NCBI RefSeq assembly: GCF_018977255.1
Contig: NW_024704742.1
Span: 8,062,001-8,126,000 of the forward strand
Reading direction: 5' to 3'
DNA from: Callorhinchus milii
Taxonomy: Eukaryota
DNA: 64,000 bases
Shown here: one piece after another, positions 50,363 through 62,300 of the stretch
How positions within the stretch are numbered: position 1 is the stretch's first letter
Layout: every line of letters begins with the position of its first letter
Made by a program: the position numbers and the translations under genes
The notes under the pieces: model-generated
Told to the model about the DNA's origin: nothing
Database searches by the model: none
What the model saw: only the letters and a program-made list of their open reading frames with translations

Positions 50363-53300
50363 CTGCAAAAGGAGAAAACAATTCAGATATACTGATTTTT
50401 TGTTAAAAAATAAAATATTTTCTAATGGTGTGTATTGAATGCAACAAAAAAAAAGTTTTGGTGGTGGTGGAGGAAGGCAGTCCTGGCCAGTGACCGGATG
50501 TAAGGTAGGAAGGATAACTTGTGGATCGAACCTGATCCTAAGGTTGCACACGTGCGATGTGTCTGAGGGATAGGCAGAGAAGGATAAGGAGTTCAGAACC
50601 ACAGGTGAGAAGACCTCGACAAAAGCCAAGGAGGATGGCTTCTGTCTTGTCCAAGTTCAGCTGCAAAACGTTGGAACTCATCCAGCCTTGATGTCTGATA
50701 AGCAGGCAGTTAGTACACCGGCAGCACAGGGCTTGCTACTCCAGGAGGAAACATAGTGTTGGCCAGACTTGTGGAAGTTGACCCAATGTCTATGGATGAC
50801 ATAACCAAAATGGAGCATTGAAATGAGAAATAGAAGAGTGTGGAAACCAGACTGAAGGGGCTCGAGAAGGAGAAGTCTCGATAAGACGTGATAAGATGCT
50901 GGGAGGAAAGGTGTCAGCAAAGTTGTGTGACTGGCATCAATGTGTTCTAGAAGGGAAGGACAGGTTTGAGATGGGCCAGTAAGTAGCAACGGTTGACTGA
51001 TCAAGTGTGGCGTTTTGGAGGGGTGATGCTCGGGGTTTTGAGGGGGAGCGGGACGGTGCAGGCGGGGGGGGGGAAGGAGGCAGAGAAATTTTCACTTACC
51101 GGGGGGCACACAGAAACAGTCCCCTTGACTGAGATTATACAAGTTGTTGTTGATGGAGACTTTAATATGTCCTTGAATAATGTAAAATAACTGTAACAAA
51201 AAAATTATGATTATTTAGGCATCCGCCTCGTTCAGTTTGTAAGCAGTCTCGCCCGAGTGAGAGGTTGTCAGGGACTTGGGACCCATATAGTCTATGCTGA
51301 CATGTCAATGGTGTGCTACATTGTTAGAGGTTTGCATTTGTATAGTATCTTCCACGTCGGCAGGACATCTCAAGGCACTGACAACCTTCAGATGAACTGT
51401 TAAATTGTGGTTGTGTCTGCCTGACATTAAAGATCCCAAGGCACAGAAGAAGATTCTGGCGGTGTCCTAGCCAGATACAATTTGTCATTCACTTCATGAC
51501 TGTCCTGTAGCTCAGTGGTTAAAGCACTCGCCTCGCAAGCGAGAGACCTGGGTTTGACTCCCGGCAGGTCAGGGTGAAACCTTGGGCAAGTTTCCTTACT
51601 CCACACGTCTGATAATAATCCCTCAAGAAAAAAAATAATAAAATTGGTCACTTTAATCCATGACTGTTTGTGGGACGTTGCTGTGTGCAATTGGCTGCCT
51701 CGTTTGGCCCACAAATACAGTCAATTCACTTTACAGTATATTCTGTAAAGAGCTTTGAGACATCTCGAAGACTGGAAAAGCGTTATATCAAATGCAAGGG
51801 TTATTATTATTATGGCTGTGAAACATTGCAGCGCGTAAATTGTTTGCCACCTTTGTCTACAAATACAGTATTTGCAAATCTTGGAAAGTGCTTTGTGAAT
51901 CATTGTGAAAAAGTACTTCATGGCGATGGTCTTTAGCCATTTCAACCCTCCCTCCCACTCGCACTCTGACCTCTCCATCCACGGTCTCCTGCGCTTACTG
52001 TTCCAATGAGCCACAGCGCAGCTCGAGGAACAATCTGCCAGGGCCCTTACAGCCCTCTGGCCTCAATATTGATTTCAACAATTTCAGACCATAACAGCTC
52101 ACCTTCCCCTCCCCCTTTTCTGTGACCATTCCCATATCATCCTGGTCCCAGACACGCCTTTTCTCTCCCTGATCTGCCTGTTTTGTTGCAAGTTTTTTTC
52201 CCCCCACTTTTGTTCTGCAGTATTAACACCTCTATTCCCCTGCTTTGTTACAATCCCCCTTTGTTTTTGCACCATTAATACCTATTTAGCTCATCATCCC
52301 CCGTCCTCTACCCCATTTTCTCCCTTGTCATCCTTGCCCTGCCTCTCCTCTTTCTGTTAGCCCTTAAAAGCCTCTCCCTCCCAACGTGCCCCAGTTCTGA
52401 CAAAGGATCGTGGACCTGAACCGTTGACTCACTTTCCTTTCTCCATAGATGCTGCCTGACCTGCTGAGTGTTCCCAGCGACTTCTGTTTTTGTTTTCAGG
52501 AATAATAAGGGAATGGTTACTCTATTGGGCGCTAATTATAGACCACCAAAGAGTAGAAATCAGACAGCAGGTGAGATTCGTAAGCAAATCTGAGCAATGT
52601 GCAGGAATAATAGTACCATAATAATCCAATAAGATGTTAAAAAAAGGATTTTTTTTCTGCAATGTGACCATAATTACTTTCTATATCAGTATGTTTCTAT
52701 TCCAAGGAAGAGGCAGTGCTTCATCTAGCTCTAGGAAATGAAGAGGGGCAAGTAAGAAAAATAAAATAATAATAATAATCATCCTTGCATATGATATAGC
52801 GCCTTATCCCGTCGTGAAACCCACAAAATAATGGAAATGAAGTAATGGAAAAGAGAAACATTTAGGAAACAGTAATCGTATCATAATTTGGATCAATATA
52901 AAGATCAAAGAGGGGAGAACTGTAAAGATAAAGGAAACGGACTGGAAAAAGGGATGTGTTTAATGTATATAAAAGGAACTAGTCTAAATAAATTAGTGAC
53001 AAAAATTGGCAGATAAATTCAAAATATCAGACGGATGAAACATATTTCAACAAAAAGCTTGGTTGAATAGATCAGTGGCCTTCATAATATATTGTCAATG
53101 AGTAAAACCAAGGAAACACTTTTTTTAAACAAATATCCATAGATACCTGCAATATTTTAAATTGCAAGTGGGAGATTAAACTGATGTAATGGAATTTTAA
53201 ACAGCGCATCACACTTGGAAAACAGGACGCAGAACATAATGCAGAGGAACGATTCATTTACTCACCATGGTGTCTCCACACTCTCGCTGAATGCCTTTCT

Positions 53301-56300
53301 CTCTGAAAGGTCCCAGAAACAGTTTGCCGCAAGCAAACGTGTCGAGATCCAAATCCTTGCAAATACCAAGCGACGTATCGTTCTCATTGTAATCCAACTT
53401 TAAGGGATATTCGAAATCATTCGTTCCTGAAATTCCAACACAGTCTGGAAGTTCACAACAAAACAAAGTGGAAAAATTAGGACTCGTTACAGTACCTTTT
53501 GGTATCAAAATGCCGATTGCTGGGGATGACACAACTCTGTTCACTTTACACTCTCACCATCAACTACGACAACAATTTACACTTAGGGTATTTCATATAG
53601 AATCAGTCTCAAGCGGCTTTACAATAGGAACCTAAGCTGGGAGGCAGTTGGTATTTCTTTGGCGGGGGTGGGGGGCAAAAAAGATGTCCAAAACAACAAA
53701 AAACGAGAAAGGTCTTTCGGTGTGATTTGAAATTTTAAGCAAGAATGGGCAAGGCAGGAGGATATCAGTACAGCTCCACAGGGAAGTGGCAAAGTTGCTG
53801 ATGGCTTGCATGCCAATAGTGGGGTGGAAGGCATGAAGCAGGCTGACATCAGAGTTGTGCTCTTCATGAACACAGCGCTACATAAAAGCAGCTCAGCAAT
53901 TCTCTTTTGAGTATTTACTGGGGACACTGCTGATGTCAGGAAACGCCATGTACCCATGCTCTATGCGCGGGAGACAGACAGTGAACACAGAAGTACTTGA
54001 ATACTGCTTATACATGTTATACTGGACTCCGCTGTATACTGAAGTGCAATATAATTGGGTCGTGCTTCACAAAGATAAGATGATAGACAAAAATAAGAAT
54101 TTATTGACAAAAATTATTAGGAGGAACTCTGACTTTGAAGTATTTCGCAGTTTTCTTCTGTGCTCCATACAGAAGTAGGCTTTTGCTGTTGGAACGTATT
54201 TTCATAACTTTCAGATGTTTGCTCCGTGTAGGTTCCCCCTAGCCAGACAATAAAACAAATTGAAGGTTTTGAAAACGTGTAGTTATTCTGAATGTCATGT
54301 CTGGTACTTTCTAGAAATTAAATCAAAGTGAAATAGAGTGACTAAAAAAAAAAAACGATTCTGAAGTTAAAAATCAATTCAGCGACAAAAAGAAGGCAAT
54401 TTATTTGGGGATTAGGCAGGAGTGTTAGGCAGGATACCAAGAGAAGCTCCCTTTTCTTTTCAAATAATGCCATGTGATTTTAATATGCACCTGAACAGGC
54501 AGGCAAGGCCTTGGTTTGACATCTCATCTGAAAGACAGAACACCAAAAAAAAAACAGCCAACACGCTGCCGAGAGGTATTTGACCTAATCCCAGAGTGCT
54601 GAGGCGCACATTGGTTAAGGCTTCAGGACCTGAGATTCTACGACTGAAATTTCACTAGATTGATCATCGCAAATACTGGTAAGATTCCTGCTATTTAACC
54701 AGTCACTTGAATGAGAAGAATCCTTGCTTTCAGAGACAAGTCTACTCTTCCAAGTTAATGAGCTGGACTGGTTAGTTCTCATAGAAAGTGCCTATGAGTA
54801 TTGCAGACAGAAACAGGACAACCGAGACCAACACACACCATTGCCATCCGTTTCAGTACTGTTTGTGGTACATTTCAGTATTTGAAGACCGTGGTCAAAT
54901 TTGAAAGCGTGGTCAAAGAGGAAAATCCTAAGACAGACCTTGAAGAAGGCAAAGGAAGTGGCGAGGTGAAGAGACTCCAGGATGGACTTCCAGAGAATGG
55001 GGGCAGAAAGGATGAACACCTGACCGCCGATGGTGGGGCAGGGGACAGGAAGCAGGCCAGTGCCTGCTGAGTGTAGGGTGTGGGCATGGTGGTAGTTTTT
55101 TAGTAGGTAGAAGTAGGGTGGGGCAAGACTGTAGGGCGAGGATGAGGATCTTGAACTCAATCTCTGAGTAATGAGGAGCCACTGAAGCCAGGCAAGGATG
55201 GGGTGATAGGGTCTTGTAGGGTGGTGTGGGACAGGACACGAGGTGCAGAGTTCTGAATGGTCTGCATCTTGTGGAGGGAAGAAGTGGGAAATACAACAAG
55301 CAAAGAGTTTCTGTAATCAAGCCTGTACGCAATAAAAGCATGGATAAGATTCTCAGGGGCCTGAGGGGAGAGGTACTGGTGGAGGCAGGTAATGTTTCAC
55401 CCACAAAATACAGTCAATTCACTTTACATTATATCCTGTGAAGCGCTTATGTTGCGGAGGTAGGGGAAAGCTGAACAGGTCAAGGCATAGATGTGGGATT
55501 TAAAGAACAGTTGAGAGTTAAACAAGACACAGAGATTCCGCAATGGCTCAGTGAGTGAACATCCGTATCAGTATCGTTCACCAGAACACCAGGGCTTAAA
55601 GGGTTAAATTATGAGGACAGTTTTCATAAACTTGGTCTCCATTCCCTTACGTTTAGGGGGTGATCAATTTGAGGTGTTTAAAATAAAAAAGGGATTTGAT
55701 AGGGTAGATACAGAGAAACTATTTCTTTGGTGGGGGATTCCAGAACATGGGGGCATAATCTTAAAATTAGAACCAGGATATTTAGGAGTGAAATCAGGAG
55801 ACAGTTTTTCACCCAAATGGTAGTGGAAATCTGGAACTCTCTCCCCAAAAAGGCTGTGGTTCTAGGATCCATTCAAATTTTCAAGACTGAAGTGGATAGA
55901 TTTTTGTTAGGTCGGGGTATCAAGCGATACGGGGCAAGGGCGGGTAATTGGAATTGAGGTACAAATCAGCCAATGATCTTGTACAATGGCAGAAGAAGCT
56001 CGAGGGGCTGAATGGTCTACTCTTGTTCCTATGTTCCCTGTAGATTCACACTGTGAGCACCTGAGGAGAGAAGGCGCTGACAGGAGCCAAGCGGGAAAGC
56101 CTCAGTTTTGTAAACATTCAACTGGAGAAACTTAGCTCTCATACAGGTCTTGGTGTCAAACAGGTTAGAGCAGCCGTAGTCCGAATTGAGGGTGGAGGGC
56201 AAGTTAGAGTTGGGTGTCATCTGCATATATGGAATTTATCTCATGTCTGTGGATGACATTACTAAACAGGCACACGTAAAGAGTAAAGAGAAGTGGACTA

Positions 56301-59300
56301 AGGATAGAGCCCTGAGCAATGCCACGGAGGGGTAGCAGTAGCACGGGCAGAGACAGTACAGCAGAGCTTCTCCATTTTGGACTCGAGATCTCCTTACATT
56401 TGGAACTGAAAGAGAGGTTGGGTGAGGCACGGGAAGGGTGGAGCAGCTGGTTTGTGGTGAAGAGGAGCCTGGAATTATCCTTGGCCTTCAGGATGACCGT
56501 GGAGTAGATGCACAATTTGGCTGAGATAAAGGCCGAGTGGTGGCACGCACCTGTGCCTTCAGCTCCCCTCTCGACTCTCTACCCCCTCCTCGCTCCCTCC
56601 CATCCCTCCCCTTGCCCTGACCATTTCCCCCCTGCTCGGGTCCCGACCCAATTGTCCAGTGCCTTGGGAAGTCCTCCCGACATGAAAGGCGCTCTATAAA
56701 TGAAATCTTGTGGTTGTTGTTGAGGGAAGAGGGGTGGGTGTACCAGGGGCACTTGTGGAAGTGGGAGACAGTGTGTGAGTTGTTGGGGGAAAGGTAACAA
56801 GGATATTAGAGGAGTTGTGAATGAGAGTGACTCTCCTGGTGCACCAGAGAGGGGCCCAAAAAATGCAAGTTGTTGTTGTTGTCGTCAAGCCTCAGCGCTT
56901 GCCAACCTGCGCCTAATACTCTCTGGAATTAGGTTAGCCCTTGCTACTGCCACCCCCTCTTCACCTGACCTCCAACTTCCTCTCCCTCCAACCCCATCTC
57001 CCTCTTCTCTCACCTCCATTACTTCCCATATAAAGCCCATCACCCCCTTCCTTGACCCCATCCCTACCCCACTCCTTATCTCCCAGCTCCATCTCCTTGC
57101 CCCGTTAACAGACATCGTCAACCTCTCTTTGTCCATCAACACAGTTCCCTGTCTTAAAAAATAGCCGTCATCACCCCATCCTCAAAGAACTTTCCCTCTT
57201 CCACGTACTCTAGGAATGCTATTCCATTCCAAATACAGAAATTTCTTTGGAGGCAGATCTTCTGTGCTAAATATTCACTCATACCTGACAGAAGTATGTG
57301 ATGGTCACTGTTGGGATATGAAGCCTGGTTCGCTGGCCCAGGTCCACTTGCATTCAACAAGAACCTTAAAAATAAAATTCCTCGTTACTGCAAAGTCACT
57401 CAAAGATTGCATTTTTCAACTGAACAAAATTAAAAGCAATTCTATACATATATTTTGACACAACTCATCAAGAGTTAGACAATGCAGACTTATCGAATGG
57501 TATGTGTGCATAACGTCAGTCGATTTTATTATGCTGATCAGTATTCCTAAAGTCTATTAGCCTAAATGAATGCAGTGTGCACAATACATAAAATATATAT
57601 TTTTTAAAAAGTATGAAAATCTAAATATACAAACTGCATTTGGGTGAGTTGAACAGATCCTGAGATGTTTGAATCAAAACATTGTCGGACTTTAGAAATA
57701 CTGCAGATCAAAAAAACACGAACAACCTGACTCCAAATGGATTGCTAGCCAAGGAAAAGTTACTTAAGTAATTGGTTAAAAGTCTCAACGTAGAACCAAA
57801 TTATTTTGATTAAACTTAAATTTAAACTTACAAATTCATTCTTTGCTGCTTAACTTCCTCGTCTCGTGAACCAGGATTAAGTCCTGATTCACCACTATCT
57901 TCTATCGTTTCCCTCAAATTCTGCCAGGGTTCTGTCTGACTCGCAGAATCTTTCTGTCCACTTTCAGTGGTTTTTAAAAACCATCTCTTTGATGTACTGT
58001 CGTACACTGCGTCATGTGCAGGGATACTCGTATATCTTGGATTGGGATTACTGGAAGCTGCTGGATATGTTTCAAAGATTTCGTTCGACATTGTTTTGGA
58101 TGCTGAAGACAAGAGGAGATTCCTAGCTTGCCTAGAAATTGCAATAGGTTTTTCAAATGCGCTGAACCTCTTCAATTGCTTGATACGGTTTTCATTCAGT
58201 TTGTCAAGACTCTGAGGACACCGTTTTGGCCTTTTTGTGGCTGGGTACAAAGCAGAGGGGTTTTCCTGGTCCTTCGCAAGCTCAGGAAATGCACGCTTTC
58301 GTGGCACTGATGACTTGAATAGATGCTTTCCGCTCTGCGCTGTGAGTGCCCCACTTATTGTATCATTTTCATATTGTACCGCCGGTTGGGACTGGATATC
58401 GTAAAAAACAGATATAGAATCGTCATCATAATCAAGCTCATCCCCTGCGAAATCAGCATCCTCATCTGAACTAAGCGGTTGTGGTACCACTGATTTAATT
58501 TGAGCACTCGATGAATCTCTTTTAGACAGGTTATATATCTTCGTCTTCTGTGCTGAGGATTTTCCTGCCCTGTGCTTTATTTTGTTTTGTGATGGAGGAA
58601 GCCAAGAGGAATGACGTGAAGACTTTGCTTCTCTTCGGGAGGAGACAGGGGGACTGTAGTCTTGCTGAGCTACCTTCCACCACTGGTTTGGGGGTCTGAT
58701 ATGACGTCCAGATATTGTATAGGTCTCATCGCTGTCAGGGTGGAGATCACTTATGCTGTGGAAATCGTCTTCGTGAAAGACAGAAGGGTTTATCTGTTTC
58801 GTCAAATAGCCCGACTGTGTTCGTTCAGTTTTCTTTGTGTCCGTTTGTTTCATTTTGGCTGGAATAGAAGGCAAAATTCAGTTAATTTAGATTAGTTCAA
58901 CAAAACCTCAGTTGTCAAATTAAAAATACTACTCGATCAAGATAGCTAGGACTGTTGTAGCTCGTTTCATTTCCAGCACCAGGCTCCATGAGAGAACCTA
59001 TTCCGCCATTTCTGCCCAGCTCCAATGGCTCCCTCATTCCCCAGCAGATCAAGTCCAAGATCCTCATTCTCACTTTCAAATCCCTCCGCGGTCTCACCCC
59101 ATCTACGATTGCGATCTCCTTCAATGCCACCAACCTCTTGCTCCCATCACTCAACAAGCACCAGCCTGTTTCATGCCACCCACCCTGTCTTCCCCACAAT
59201 CAGCATGCAGGTTTTCAGACATTCTGTCGCACTCTCTGGAACTCTACCATCATACTCCTTCCCTCACCTCGTTCAAGGTCGATCTCAAGACGTACCTCAT

Positions 59301-62300
59301 CTGACAATGCTTTCAGTCATCCTTCCCCTTCTCACTCTCTACCCCTGGGGCTCCCAGCTCGGCTCAGGTGCAGCCAGGAGTATCAAATGTTTTGAGACAT
59401 TCTCCTTATGCGAAGTTTAGATCGTATTACTGTATTGTATTCTGTTGTTATAGCTACATAATGGTAGCATAACCAGCCTCCCCCAAAGTCATGATATTCA
59501 TGAAAGTGGACAAATAGAAGGGAGCATTGTTTCAATTTCCCCACATTCTTTTCTGCATCTTTTTGAAAAATAGATTAATTCCTTGATCGTTACAGATTCA
59601 CATTAACATGACCATCATTTTACACAGTCAATTCACTTTACAGTATATCCTGCAAAGCACTTTGAGACGTCTTGAAGACACGATAAGGCACAATATCAAA
59701 TGCAAGGTTTATTATTATCAATCGTGAACAAATGAACCAAAAGTGCAGTGGTGTCCGGTGAAATGTCACCCACCCAATAATGGGTCAAATTATTTTTAAC
59801 GTTTAATGTAAAAAGCAAAATGTAATTTTTATTTTAAAAGCTCATTTAAGTGAAAAGTAAAAATCTATTACCTGATGTCTTTGTATTTTGCGTTCTGGTT
59901 TCTGCACTTGGAGCTCTACCAGACCTTTTTTTAGACCTATCTGTGGGACAATTTACAGACCCTCGAGATGCCAACTGTCTCTTAGAATTTTCAATTGTCT
60001 CTTTCAATTTTTTAGCTTGGTTTGCTTTCTTGACATAGACACGAGGCTCTTCCTGCAATTTCTCCTGATCCTGTACTTCGGGCATAGCCACAGCTGTTTT
60101 TTCGGGATGCTTTCGGGGTCTTCCACGCTTCTTAGGCACGCTGGAATTCTTTCCTTGCTTAACCGGCTTCCTGCTTATCACCTTGCCTTTTCTGACGTGC
60201 GATTCAGAGCAGGAGCTCTTGGGGTCCTCCCACATCTCACACTCAGATTCGTTCGATATTGGTGTTGAAGTCCTGAAAACCGTGTGTTTTGATGGTGGAG
60301 GCGTAACAGCAGGTCTGTGAAAGCCATGATTTATTTTTTAAATGAAAATAATTTAAAAGCTTTATTATTAGCCATAATAATAATATGCTAATTAAGCTCA
60401 ACTTTTCTTAACACAGTAAAACACCAATAACTCGTCACTCCAAGGAAAAAAGTGCTGAGTGACTAGTTATCCGGGGTGGCCTATCTTGTGACTGGTGCGA
60501 GCAATCAGTGGCGGTTGGGCGCACATACACTGCAGAGACCACTGGTCTATTGAAGGCCCACGGTATGGCCTCCTGCCCTATCCTGTCACACGTGGGATGC
60601 AAGTCAGGAGAGGGAAGCCTCAGAGACCAAGGTCTCTGCAATGGATCTGACCATGTGGGCCCAACTTCCTCCGAGCACCTGCACCAGTCACAGGGTAGGG
60701 TGGGAGGCCTCTGTCATGCAAGATGGCATCTTATAGGACAAGTTATCTCATCAATTTTACATTGTAAGTACTTACAAGAGTTTCTGGAATGTGACAAGTT
60801 ACGTGTTAAGTGGATTGACAAATAAGTAACTAATTAAGATCGCTGCCTTCCTTGCGACTTAACCCTACCCTCCCCATCCCCATCCCTCCCGATCCCAACC
60901 ACCAGCTCAGGTGTGGGTCCCTGACTGTCCAGCATTTTGGGACGTCCTCCTGACACGAAAGGCGCTAAACATATGTAATTTGTTGTTGTTGCTGTAAAGC
61001 AAAGTACCTTATTAACGTTGTATGGGAAGCTGCCAGGGTATTGGCAGTATGGCAGGATAACTACTGACAAGTTATGCCAGGGTGTTGTGATCAGGAGTTA
61101 ACTGGGACAAGCTTTTCCTTGTTTTCCAGTAAACTATTTGCTCACCACCGATACTTGCCAAGGAAGATACAAGTTAGTGTTAGTTGACAGCCGATGTGCA
61201 GCTATAGACTATGAATAGCAATAACAGCAAATCAAGCTCCTCTCTCCTCAGTAAAGATTAATTTGCAAGGGACAGTTTTTTTGTATTCTAGTCTGAACTT
61301 GACAAGATATGACAACAGAGGTTAAAAGCACATACAAGGAACATATGCATATTGGATGCAGCTCAATTATTTTTTGCAAAAAGCAACAAGGAGCCTGAAA
61401 TTTATAAATCCAGGGAGTCATAATGTGCATATGACTCCTCCTCAAACTCAAAACGATCGACGATCTTCCTCGACCCGCTGCAAATTTCTAACGTGTTATA
61501 CTTTTATTCCATGTTACCCACTCACATACCTGGACCATCACTGACATCATTCTCTCTATGAAATGGTATATTTTTAAAATTAGTTGTAATAATAATAATA
61601 AACCTTGCATTTGATAAAGCGCCTTATCACGTCTGAGCTTTGAAATGAAGTTCAGCGACTTTATCTTTTGTAGGTGAACCAGCAGTCAATTTCCACACAG
61701 CAATGTCCTGCAAAATGACCAATTTTAACAACCCCCAAAACCACTGCATAACAACAGAATTGAACCGTAATTACAGACCCATAAAATCCAAACCCGCACT
61801 ATGATTAGAAAAAATGACCTCACCTTCCCCTGAAGTCCCAAATTGAAAGCAAATTTCTCAAGGGCATAAACTTTCATACCTTTTTGATTTGATCGTTACT
61901 GGATGTCTTGAAAGGGCTGAAGATGATTTTCCAGAAATTACGTATTTTTTCCGATTCTCCAGCTCAACGACTTGGTCGTTTTCATCATCATTCCCGCCTT
62001 CTGAGGCTTCAGATTCAGCTAATGGAATAGACTTTGACTGTGCACGGTTACTGGGACCGTAATCACCTGCAAAGAGCAGGACAAATGAGGGATTGCATCG
62101 TCTCAATCATATTTTAGAAATATACAGTGAAAATAATAATAATAATCCTTGCATTTGATATAGAGTCTTATCAAGTCTTCGAGACGTCTGAAAGCACTTC
62201 ACAGAATACACTGTGGAGTGAATTGACTATATTTTGTGGGCAAAACACAGCAGTCAATTGCGCACAGCAGTGTCCCACAAACAATCGTGGATTGAGTGAC

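Noticed and set aside
53072..53146. Possible cupin exon after TTGCAG at 53147
   Set aside because: The translation does not match the cupin and hits a stop; the true exon is 51100-51190.
54615..54791. Ser-rich minus-strand open frame after a plausible acceptor in a CENP-C intron
   Set aside because: It is open only in phase 0 while the flanking exons need phase 1, the donor is weak, and it has no CENP-C motif.
60435..60825. ORFs 60435..60641, 60508..60825 and their twins at 63489-63879
   Set aside because: These are chance frames in the duplicated intronic MITE; their repetition reflects the DNA duplication.
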